From Okamejei kenojei (lineage: Eukaryota): a stretch of DNA of 64,000 nucleotides. The stretch covers positions 23,002,001 through 23,066,000 of the forward strand of contig CM069138.1 in assembly GCA_035221665.1 (NCBI GenBank), written 5' to 3'. Below, in pieces: positions 51,491 to 62,849 of the stretch. Within the stretch, counting starts at the first letter, position 1; each line of letters opens with the position of its first letter. Under the pieces are notes generated by a model that was given only the letters and a program-made list of their open reading frames with translations, made no database searches and was not told the DNA's origin. The translations under genes and the position numbers were made by a program.

Positions 51491-52150
51491 TATTATTACC
51501 CATATCACCCATCTGAGGTATGCTTTTACGAAATTGTATTCCCTTCCTTTTTACTGCCAGCAGGGGTAACAGGGGAATATTTTCTTATATTCCCCTTTCT
51601 AGCGAACGCCTATGGACTTTACCTGTTTAAACAGCGGGGAATATAGTCTTATATTCCCCTGGTCTCACATCCGGGAACTTGGCAACGTGACGCTGCGTGA
51701 CGGCAACGTGACGCTGCGTGCGAAATTTAAAATTTATTCTCAAAACAAACAAAATGGCAGCCGGTTGCGAGAAGAGGTTCGCGATTTAAAAGTTCGACCT
51801 TCACATTGTCACATAAATGAATTACATAAATTACATAAATGAAACATAAATGTTACATTGTTTTAGTACCCTTATTTACAATGTTGGAATGGTTTTAGTA
51901 CCCTTATTTACAATGTTGCAATGCATATTGCAAAATGTATAGATACATTCATATCATATGAGATGTTCAGATTTTCCTCTAGATGTCTGATAATGGGTAA
52001 TAATAACAATATTGACTGTCCTCTTTCGGGAGATACAACATATATTGCCCTCACTAGATCCATATTGCCCTCGTCTTCGACTCAGGCAATATGAATCTAC
52101 TTCAGGCAATATATGTCGTATCCCCCTCAAGGCCAGTCAATATTCTATTA
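51491..52150. mobile_element. Unclassified insertion with a long terminal hairpin in the L1 3' UTR
   Basis: CpG-richer than its flanks; tattattacccat (51491) is inverted at 51993; imperfect hairpin at 52008-52144. Confidence 0.45.
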
Positions 52151-52399
52151 ATATTACAAATAATATAAACAGTATCAATTTATCATTAATATTATATATT
52201 TTTTATCGTCGTATAAGAGTGTACTTTGTAATTACTTTGTTTCTATAATAAAAATAAAATTTAAAAAAAAAATAAAATAAATAAAACAGTTCTAGTCGTT
52301 AGATTAATTGTTAATTGTATAGATGCAATTCAGCTGTGTAAGTAGAGCAACAGTTATTTTGTTAAATGGTTAATTATTAAGTGCCATCTAGGCATTGTT

Positions 52400-54661
52400 A
52401 ACACCAGCTGAAATTAATAAAGTCACAATGATGGACAAGCAGTGTTCATTACTGCTCCAGTAGTTGTTAGGTACATCTTTCATTATATTGTAAATTGGTG
52501 CTAATGGCCCTAAATGGGAAATTGTGTCAGCAGGGCTTTGTAGCAGGCCTACTTTATGGCTCCCAAATGTAAGAGGAGAGCATATGGGATTGGTACAGTT
52601 TAACGCCGAGTCTGAGGGTATAGCCATAGAGCATGCCCAAGGGATCAGGGCATGTGCCAGAGGTCTCTGCCTGGCAAGAAAGTTACCATCCCAAACACAT
52701 ATGCAGTGAACACCGCTCTCAGGGGGACATTACGGTTGGCTGCCGAATCTTCTATTCAGGTAAGACTTTTCCATAGGTGAAACCTGGAGGGCAAAGCACA
52801 AGCTATTGGAACGAGCAAGGTTTCATAGTTTTGGTGATAATGCACTCCACGTCTTTATTGGCAGTAAGCGGTTCACTGAAGTTAGTGGCAGCATGAAGGC
52901 TGGCCAGAGATTCCACGCACTGTACCTGTGCTACTCTACAATTAAGGGACCACTTACAGCTTGGTAAGGTGTACACTTAGTTATACATTACAAATGATTG
53001 TGACATTATCAGCTAATTTGAGGGGTCTAACCATGTAAAATGGACTATTCTAGCATTTCAAGCAGGTTAGAATTGCACAGATTCAGTAGAAGGACCAAGA
53101 TTGTCTTGCAAGACTGGTTCGGAAATCGGGCCACAGTTGCTGTTTATGGCAGATACCAAATTGCAAATATCATCTCGAGTTTGGAGGTGGAGCAGATTTG
53201 CATGACTTGCAAAAAAATAAAATAAATAATAAATGTCTGTTATGGGTATCAACTATCTATAGACCCTTCGGGCATTGTATGGGTTAAAGAATGATTGGCC
53301 AAGTGTGCATATTGTGATGCTCAGGTTGATACATTATGACGATGGCATTTGTTAGTCACGAGGGTGCAATCAGTTAAAGACCCCTGGAATGGTTACATAT
53401 CTTGTTGTCACAGGAGAATCATCAAGTATAGGTTAATGGCAACACAGAATTGGTGTTGAATCGCACTATATTATGAAATTCTGGTTAAATGGAACACCTA
53501 ATATATATGTGGGTTTCATGTTGATTTCACTGGTTGCAAAATATGTGGCATTACAGTGGTGAAATATACATTTTCGCTAAAAGGAGAAGGAAGGTCTTTT
53601 ATGGCTCCTTCCATTTTGATTATCAATTGAGGCTTCAAAAAAAGTCATTAAGAGGCCGCTACAGGTTCCTCAAATTATGTTCTGCAGGTTTAATAAACTG
53701 CCCTAAGGTTTGGGTTGTTACATCTATCCTTTTATGTGTTCAAAATGTGTGCAGAATTTTATTTTCCAGGAGATGAAAGTGTTTGTTATGCTTAAGTTCC
53801 ATGGAAAATGGTATTGATTGCTAATGTTTTGAGTTCATGCTAAATGATCGTTGTTAATTATGGAGTTATACGGCCATTAATTGGGTCAATGAGCTTCCTC
53901 ATTGAGTTGGCTGTAGCAAACAAGACTCGCTCTGTCGGGACCACACCGGTTATCAAGGGGTAGGATATCTTTAACATAGGTCCCAGGACTAGTATAATGC
54001 CATATGCGATGTTGACATTTGTGAACACTATTTCACCAGGAGGCTCCAGCTATATCCTTAAATTTGGCTGGAGTTTATTAGGTAGTTATCCTTCTGGCAC
54101 TGGTTTAGTGCAGCAGGTTCAGTCGCTACATAATTGTGATTGTACAGGATGATAATGTCTGTAAATTACAATATATATTATTATGTTATAAATACTTGAA
54201 CAGACAAGAAGGGGGTCAGGTCTCAAAATAGTCACAGGCAAACCAGGGGACCTTTGATAAGGTAAGCACACATATATACAACAATATGTCAAGGTCATCA
54301 AGAGCCTTGGAGTTCTGGACTAGCAATGGTGTTAGTCACAAAAAAATTGGGTGAACTTATTGTTCAGGCCATTCCAGATGAGAAAAACTGAGTTGTATTA
54401 TGTACTAATGGATTCTGATTCCAGATCTCATTCCACCAGGGCTGCCTCAACATCAGCAGCAATGGTATTTATGTTCCGCTGGGTCGCATTGTTACGGCTG
54501 CAGCATGGTCCAACGAACGAATGACTTACCTGAGGGTTACTAATTACCACTGGTGGTGCTGACCTCTACAGCCCGTCGGTGCGCCATGCGTTGGATGTAA
54601 TGACGCGCATGCGCCTGGCAGGGCTTCTTCACGTAGTCACTCACGTGACTCTGAAGTAAAA
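52400..54661. mobile_element. Old DIRS-like remnant (+) abutting a DIRS left terminus (-)
   Basis: HSTRAASTSAA coding at about 54429; 54520-54661 is the reverse complement of the 31324 left end. Confidence 0.65.
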
Positions 54662-55154
54662 TTGTTTTAAATAGCCTAAGTATCCAAATAACAAACTAAT
54701 CCCATTCACAAAATAATTCACAATATAACATGCTTTTAAAATCTCTCTGTCATGAACATATGCCACATGGAAGGATTGTAATGTTTAATTCCCATAAATT
54801 AATCCAGAAACATCTACTTTCAATATAAACAAAATTATTATTTTTTGCACAATAAATGTGGCTATAGCTGTTGTGTATATTTAGTATAAAAATATTGATT
54901 ATACAATTACACAAAATATAGACAATTTAGATGTTCTTATGACATGATTGTCCAAAATAAAAATAAAATTTTAATCATCTTGCGAGTGCGTGTTTCTGGA
55001 TTGGAACGTTGCATTTGCGGGGACTTTGAACCCCATATCAGCAGGAAAGATACTGCCAGTTCATATGGGGCCCAAATCACATTTTCGCAATGTAAAATTA
55101 GATTAAAGCCACCCCAAGAAGCAAGATTATATGTGAAATAGACGACTTACCCTT

Positions 55155-56266
55155 TAGAAACATAGAAAATAGGTGCAGGAGGAGGCCATTCGGCCCTTTG
55201 AGCCAGCACCGCCATTCATTGTGATCATGGCTGATTGTCTCCTATCAATAACCTGTGCCTGGCTTCTCCCCATATCCCTTGACTCCACTAGCCCCCAGAG
55301 CTCTATCTAACTCTCTCTTAAATCGATCCAGTGAGGGCCTCCACTGTCCTCTGTGGCAGGGAATTCCATAAATTCACAACTCTCTGAGTGAAATTTTTTT
55401 TTCTCACCGCAGACCTCCCCTGTATTCTAAGACTGTGGCCCCTGTTTCTGGACTCGCCCCACATTGGGAACATTTTTCCTGCATCTAGCTTGTCCAGTCC
55501 TTTTATAATTTTATGTTTCTTTCAGATCCCCCCTCATGCTTCTAAACTCCAGTGAATACAAGCCTAGTCTTTTCAATCTTTCCTCATATGACAGTCCTGC
55601 CATCCCAGGGATCAATCTCGTGAACCTACTCTGCACTACCTCAATCACAAGGATGTCCTTCCTCAAATTAGGAGACCAAAACTGTACACAATACTCCAGA
55701 TGTGGTCTCGCCAGTGCCCTATACAACTGCAAAAGAACCTCTTTACTCCTATACTGAAATCCTCTTGTTATGAAGGCCAACATTCCATTAGCTTTCTTCA
55801 CTGCCTGCTGTACCTGTAAGCCAACTTTCAGTGACCGGTGTACAAGGACGCCCAGGTCTCGCTGCACCTTCCCCTTACCTAACCGAACTCCATTGAGATA
55901 ATAATCTGCTCCCTTGTTTTTGCCGCCAAAGTGGATAACCTCACATTTATCTATATTATACTGCATCTGCCACGCATCTGCCCACTCACTCAACCTGCCC
56001 AGGTCACCCTGCAACCTCCTAACATCCTCTTCACAGTTCACACTGCCACCCAACTTTGTGTCATCCGCAAACTTGCTAATGTTGCTCCTAATTCCCTCTT
56101 CCAAATCATTAATATATATGGTAAACAGTTGCGGCCCCAACACCGAGCCTTGCGGCACTCAACTCGCCACTGCCTGCTATTCTGAAAAGGACCCGTTCAC
56201 TCCTACTCTTTGCTTCCGGTTATTCCATTGAGATAATAATCTGCCCCCTTGTTTTTGCCACCAACG
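55155..56266 (-). mobile_element. CR1 LINE, 5' truncated
   Basis: [13 protein letters not shown] and RPHLEYC; tttctatg tail. Confidence 0.92.
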
Positions 56267-56614
56267 TTTGTCCCGTTCTTGCGGTCCATCACGTTGTGGG
56301 CGTTGAGGGCGATAGAAGTTTCTTTTTATTATAATTAAACGATTAAATAGTACAGCGATTTTAAAAACGGAAGTCCCATCGATTTTTCTTCATCGACTCG
56401 ATTTTTCTTCATCGACTCGCAGCCCGAGGAAATCTCGCTCGTATAAGTCCCCTCGTATAAGTGGAACAATCCCCCCCCCCCCCCCCCCCCCCCAGGCGCC
56501 AAAGTCGTGCACACGGCCAGTGGCAGAACTGCAACACCGCTGAAGGTAGGAATTTTAACATCGTTAAATATAGTTACACATAGGTGAATAAAACCAACTT
56601 TAATTTATACTCAC

Positions 56615-56959
56615 TAGCTACGCTGAGCTGGGTTCCATTCCCTCTGATATCTCCCCACACTGTGCAGTAATAGACGGCAGAGTCATTGAGCATCACGTTT
56701 GTGACCGTCAGGATGAAGCTGCTGTTGGAGGTGTTTTTGAACGGCTGGAACCGCTCAGTGAAGCCTGGTCTCCTTCGTACGCTGCCTCCTGCCTCGTGTG
56801 TTAAAACCCACTCCATGTCCTGCCCGGGTAGTTCTCGGTACCAATGGACGTCAGTTTTTCCCACTTCAGCGTTCTTCATGGAGCACTGTAACCGTGTCAT
56901 GTGACCCTCAGTGACACGCTGCAGCCTTGGGAACTGGATCAGGATCGGAGGATTTGCAA
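56615..56959 (-). CDS. Ig receptor gene, V-set exon 2 with germline J-like strand
   Basis: Acceptor ttttccctttcaag|, donor A|gtgagt; 345 nt, phase 1-1. ANPPILIQFP...LQC...VHWYRE...RF...FILTV...DSAVYYCTVWGDIRGNGTQLSVA. Confidence 0.9.
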
Positions 56960-57882
56960 CTTGAAAGGGAAAATATCAATAGATGAACTAATGTTGGGGT
57001 TGCTAAATACTTTATGTGTTTCAACTTAAAATACATTCATCCTTTGACATTTGATAACCTCATGTAAAAGTGATGCTTACTTGGTTAGCATCTGATATTA
57101 ACATCATGATTGCAGCTGATTGCAACGTTCTCCCTGTTCACGATTATCTTTCTCTCTCATTCTCTTTAGCTCTCTCTCCCTCCATCCAATGTTGGGAGGT
57201 GCTGCCTCACAATGGGGATTTCATTTTTCATTTAACTTTGTTTAGTCGTTTATTTATTTCTTTGTTGCACTCTACACAGAGATAAGCAGATCTCTGTATA
57301 TTGGAGGAGGAAGGATGTATGGAAATAGTACAGATAGGTCATTGAGGTGGTTATGTTTACTTTACTTTAGTGTAGAGATGCAGCATGGAAACAGGTGTTT
57401 CAGTCCACTGAGCCCATGCTGACCATCGAGTAATTGATCTCAGTGAGGCAGACGGTGCAACTAATAGTGACTGTGCATAAACTGTGGATGGCTCGATTGT
57501 AATCATGTATTGTCTTTCCGATGACTGGTTAGCAAGCAACAAAAGCTTTTCACTGTACCTCGTTGGACTTGACAATAAAGTAAACTCAAGCAAAGTGATT
57601 ATAAATGAAGAAACTAACCTACCTATACTGTAATTTCTTTACATTTATCTGTTCACACTATGTGTACGTCTCTGGCAGTGTCGAATTACATTCTCCATCC
57701 TTATCTCAGAACGCAGTGCCGAGTGATCTGCATTATTCAGTTAAAAAATAATTTTGGCCTATTTTCATTCTCCATTTTGCAGTGTGAACTTCTAATGATG
57801 TCTGTCTCTGTAAAACTGACAACATGACGTCATAATTCCTCGTGATGTTAGGATTGGAAATAGAACCTATTTAAATACTCAC

Positions 57883-58233
57883 TGGTTACATTCAGCTGGG
57901 TTCCATTTCCAAATATCTCCCCCCAAATGCCACAGATGTAATCAGCAGAGTCGGCAATCACCACCTCTCTGATGGTCAGTGAGTAGCTGTTACTGGCGTC
58001 GTCCCTGGAAAGCTGAAATCGCTCGGAGAAGCCCGATGACCTGTAAGTTTGGCCATTCACAAAAAGAATAAGTATTTTTCTTCCATTACGTGAGTTGTGC
58101 CAGTGAACGTCGAATTTGTTCACAATGTTATTCACATTGGTGCTGTTCAGGACACACCGTATCTCCACTGTTTCACCTTCACGCACCACCAGAGCTCCTG
58201 GGGATTGGATCAGGGATGTGTTTGCCTTTAGAC
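57883..58233 (-). CDS. Ig receptor gene, V-set exon 1 with germline FGNG J-like strand
   Basis: Acceptor ttattacccacag|, donor A|gtgagt; 351 nt, phase 1-1. LIQSPGALVVREGETVEIRC...VHWH...RF...YSLTI...DSADYICGIWGEIFGNGTQLNVT. Confidence 0.9.
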
Positions 58234-58416
58234 CTGTGGGTAATAACAACCAAAGATCAGAACAGATGATGATCACAAAAATAATTTGAAACAAAAGACA
58301 GCATGAAAGCTCTTGGATATTTATGAATATTCTGCACATTTATCCACAATTTGTAAACTCTTTTGTTTTCTCCTGAGCTTCGCTCTTTCACTCTGCACTG
58401 AAATGACAAACAATAC

Positions 58417-58480
58417 CTTTGGTAAAAGCAACAGCTCAAAAGTACAAACACTGAATATCAAAGGTTAAATCCTGCTCCAT
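58417..58480 (-). pseudogene. Candidate leader exon with in-frame TGA
   Basis: ATG to AAAG|gtattg is 64 nt, ending phase 1 as V1 requires; reads MEQDLTFDIQCLYF*AVAFTK. Confidence 0.3.
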
Positions 58481-58850
58481 GTAAGTGCTTGTTGACTCCA
58501 CACACTGTACTAAACTGAGCAGTAAATTAGGAACAAAGCTTGCAGTTCTAGTAACATTCATTTAGTGTAAGTAAGATTCTGTTGCAGAGTCGGATAAAGA
58601 AAACCAAGGAAATTCAGCATGCTTCCAACAGCTCTTACAAATGTCTACACATGGACCACATAAAGCATCCTATTGATTACATCACAGCCTAGTTTGGCAA
58701 TTCCTCAACCCTACACTCCACGCTGCCTCGGGAAAGCAACCAACATGGCTTGTTCCCTTTATCACCGATACTTTTTTGCATATCTTTCACTCATTGTTCC
58801 TTATCTCTCCACATCACCGTCAATATCTCTCGTTTTCCTGATCCCTGACC

Positions 58851-58884
58851 AGTCTGAAGAAGGGTCTCGACCCGAAACGTCGCC
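58851..58884 (+). ncRNA. Minimal hammerhead ribozyme motif in a Penelope-like tail
   Basis: CTGAAGA-A-GGGT(CTCG)ACCC-GAAAC-GTC. Confidence 0.5.
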
Positions 58885-59237
58885 TATCTCCTTCGCTCCT
58901 TAGATGCTGCTGCACCCGCTGAGTTTCTCCAGCTTTTTGTGTACCATCTTGAAAGACCATTCACTCCCCTGTCATTCCTACCTGGAAGAGGATTCTAAAA
59001 CTAGAGTGCCACTGCACACCAGTTCCCACTTTGTTCTCCCACCGTCCCTCACGGCAGTCCCCCACCCCCCCCCCCCCCATGGCAAGTCCCCATTGTTCTT
59101 AGCAACAGCCCTCACTTCCCTTGGCGCCTACCTTTCCCTGGTTACCCTCTTACTCCAATACAGTTGTTCAATCCTTGTGATTCTTCTTAATTTTGACTGT
59201 CAGTGATATTTTTTCTCATCCCTTTCCTCTCCTAATT

Positions 59238-60690
59238 TATTTTTTATTTTTTAATATCTTTATTTATTAGCGGTACTGTCAGTTACATCAGTGTACATCC
59301 CTTGTATTGTATTACAGTCATTGTACCCCTTAATTTTTTTTATTTTAAGGCTTTAGAAAAGAGAGAATAGAGAGAATAATAGCAGCAAAGTAAGTAGAAA
59401 AGTGAAAAAGAGATGTGAAAGTGCAAAAGCGTGACAGAGGGAAAGGAAACCCTTGAAGAGTTAGAAACGGGAATTAAGAGATAGACCCTGGAGAGAAAAA
59501 AAAAAGAAAAAGGGAAAAATAGAGAAAGAAAGGATTTGAGTACAGGAGCAGGGAGGTTCTACTTCAGTTGTACAGGGTCTTGGTGAGACCACACCTGGAG
59601 TATTGCGTGCAGTTTTGGTCTCCAAATCTGAGGAAGGACATTATTGCCATAGAGGGAGTGCAGAGAAGGTTCACCAGACTGATTCCTGGGATGTCAGGAC
59701 TGTCTTATGAAGAAAGACTGGATAGACTCGGTTTATACTCTCTGGAATTTAGGAGATTAAGAGGGGATCTTATAGAAACTTACAAAATTCTTAAGGGGTT
59801 GGACAGGCTAGATGCAGGAAGATTGTTCCCGATGTTGGGGAAGTCCAGGACAAGGGGTCACAGCTTAAGGATAAGGGGGAAATCCTTTAAGACCGAGATG
59901 AGAAAGACTTTTTTCACACAGAGAGTGGTGAGTCTCTGGAACTCTCTGCCACAGAGGGTAGTTGAGGCCAGTTCATTGGCTGTATTTAAGAGTGAGTTGG
60001 ATGTGGCCCTTGTGGCTAAGGGGATCAGAGGGTATGGAGAGAAGGCAGGTACGGGATACTGAGTTGGATGATCAGCCATGATCATATTGAATGGCGGTGC
60101 AGGCTCGAAGGGCTGAATGGCCTACTCCTGCACCTAATTTCTATGTTTCTATGTTTCTATGTTTAAAAAAGAAAAGCCAGTTACTTTATTATAAACATCT
60201 CGCAAAAGGAATCTACCAACTCGACAGTTTTTCTTCCCCCTTTACCAAGACCCGACACCGGTACTTTTTTGAGGTATTCTTGCACCTTATCCTTGTAATA
60301 GATTTATAAATGCAGACCACGTCTTATAAAAAGTCTGAATTTCCTGCTAGTCGGAGTCTCATATCTTCCAAGTGTAGTGTTTCGAACACAGTTGAAATCC
60401 ACATATTGACTGTGGGTACCGGAGAATTTTTCCAGAATTTTAAGATTAGCATTTTTCCAGTTATTAAGCCATATTCAAATAGAGTCTTTTGAAATACATT
60501 TAATTCGGGGATATCTTCCGATATCCCGAAGATTATCCAGTCTGCTTCCGGGGTAAGTTTTATTTTAAATATTTTTGTGAAAATTTCAAACATTTCAGTC
60601 CAAATTGTTTGAATTTTTGTACAAAAGACAAATGAGTGTGCTATATTAGTTTCTTGACATTGACATTTATCACATATAGGTGAGACATCC
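59238..60690 (-). mobile_element. L1 3' fragment interrupted by CR1
   Basis: VSPICDKCQCQETNIAHSFVFC peptide homologous to the L1 ORF2 C-terminus at 50500; T-rich tail at about 59238-59270. Confidence 0.8.
59530..60162 (+). mobile_element. Young CR1 3' fragment
   Basis: Open 164-aa ORF2 end nearly identical to 40440-41054; (tttctatg)n tail. Confidence 0.93.
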
Positions 60691-60799
60691 TCTCCTAATA
60701 TATATTGAAAGTGGTCCTTTGCTCTCTTTATACCCAAGTGTCTCTCCTGTTTTCATTTGCCTATGCCTGCCAAATGCTTCCCTTTACTTCATCAAATGT

Positions 60800-61132
60800 G
60801 GGTGCCATGGTGGTGCATGAAGCTTGCTGCCTCACAGAGCCAGAGACGCGGCTTCAATCCTGATCTCAGTTGCTGTTTATGTGACGTTTGCATGTTCTCC
60901 CTGCATAACCACATGGGTTTCCACCGGGTGCACCGGTTTCTTCTCACATTCCAAAAACATGCGAGTTTGTAGGTTAGCTGGCCTCTGTAAATTGCCTCTA
61001 TTATGCAGGGAGTGGATGAGAAGTGGGATAACATAGAACTAGTGTGAACGGGTAATCAATGGTGGGCATGGGCTCCGTGTTCCGAAGTGCCTGTTTCCAT
61101 GCTGTATCACTACATGACTAAACTGAACTAAA
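60800..61132 (+). mobile_element. V-SINE (HE1-like)
   Basis: tRNA-like head, tttgcatgttctccc/gggtttcc core, CR1-like cctgtttccatgctgtatc 3' end and actaa tail. Confidence 0.7.
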
Positions 61133-62538
61133 TCCTCTGAAACTGCACAAATATCACTATTAGAAGACTCCCACTATTTGTATGTTGTTCTGCCTACAAC
61201 TAAATTCTCCCAATCTACTTACACCAGGTGCTGTCTTATTGAAATGGGGCTTCCCCAATTTAGGACCTTGTCCTCCGCACCTATTTTCTCCTTTTCCATA
61301 ACAGTCTTGAAACTTAAAGCAAAATAACACCATTAAATTGCCATAAGATCAAATTCAGATTCAGATTCCTTTATTGTCATTCAGACCTTTCGGTCTGAAC
61401 GAAATTTGTTACCTTGCAGTCATAACATGTAATAAATTAAAACAAAACACACAATAAACACATATTTAACATCCACCACAGTGAGTTCACCAAGCACCTC
61501 CTCACTGTGGTGGAAGGCAAAAAGTCTTAAAGTCTTTGTCTTTTTCCCCTACTTGTTCCACCTCTGTACTGAGGCAATCCAGGCCTTCGATGTCATCGTC
61601 CACTAGGTGGACATAATTGTCTTATCCAGCTAAATTTCAAATATCTCTGATACTCTTTGTGAACAGGCACTGAATAATATGCATCCTGAAGGTCTATACA
61701 TGCCATATAACACCCTCTGGAAATCAATTACTTGGCAGTAGCAAATGTTTCCATTTTAAAATGATAATACTGCTCAAAAGGATTAAGTCCTGTCAGGTCC
61801 AAAATAATCCAACACCCGCCATCTTTCTTTGGTCTATGAAAAATATTAGATATGAATTGACTAGTTTGATAAACTGTCTTCTCAATTACACCTTTAAAAT
61901 ATAGCTTTGCTATTTCTGCTTGAATCTCCAAATTCTCTTTTTGTGAGAAAATGAGTGCACGCTTTGGCTTGTGCTGGGTGGGTGGACACGGGTTGGGAAT
62001 AAATTCAATTTGAAACCCTTGTCTACTCTGCAGTATAAACACATTTGATGTCATTTTATACCATTCTTTCAGAAACCTGTGTAACCTCCCCCCAACTGGT
62101 AGGTAATTCTCACTCAATATGTTTCGACAAGAACCAGACCCACCTACCTCCATGGTTACCGGTGGAGCTCTTTGTCCCCTGGTTCTTGAAGGAAAAGGCA
62201 TGTTTGCCCGTGCTCCTGCTGGAGTGCGCCAGCTGCGCACATTGAATGGCCGGCTTGGTCCTTGCCCGGACCCGGTTTCAGCAAACCCCTTGTAGGGGTA
62301 CTGCTTCCAAAGGGTTCTGCTGGTCACTGGCGCCTTGATGAGCCCGACGGTTTATACCTCATCATCCAGCTCCTTCACCCACTTTGCGAGGTCTTCCCCG
62401 AACAATAGGTTCAGTGGCTGGATGTTGCTAGGCTTACACAGGGCAGCGATCTCAAAGTGCACATTGCACATGAGAGCCAGGGCATCCTGCTGAATTTCAG
62501 TCAGGTGCTCCCCATCCACCGACCTCCCGAAAGCCGTT

Positions 62539-62849
62539 ATAGAAACATAGAAAATAGGTTCAGGAGTAGGCCATTCACCCTTCGAGCCTGCACCGCCATT
62601 CAATATGATCATGGCTGATCATCCAACTCAGTATCCTGTACCTGCCTTCTCTCCATAACCCCTGCTCCCTTTAGCCACAAGGGCCAAATCTAACTCCCTC
62701 TTAAATATAGCCAATGAACCGGCCTCAACTATCTTCTGTGGCAGAGAATTGCACAGATTCACAGATTCACCACTCTCTGTGTGAATTGCACAGATTCACA
62801 GATTCACCACTCTCTGTGTGAATTGCACAGATTCACCACTCTCTGTGTG
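62539..62849 (-). mobile_element. CR1 3' end inserted in DIRS gag
   Basis: CR1 3' UTR; local triplication of gaattgcacagattcac...ctctgtgt at the truncation point. Confidence 0.85.

Larger units (their letters stand above)
44745..52285 (+). mobile_element. Near full-length L1-clade LINE
   Basis: 5' UTR, ORF1, ORF2, AT-rich 3' UTR, AATAAA and A-rich tail; short flanking repeat acagt (44740-44744, 52286-52290). Confidence 0.9.

Noticed and set aside
56615-58233. Rearranging Ig or TCR locus
   Set aside because: V and J-like parts share one exon, and no heptamer-spacer-nonamer, D/J cluster or C1 exon was found.
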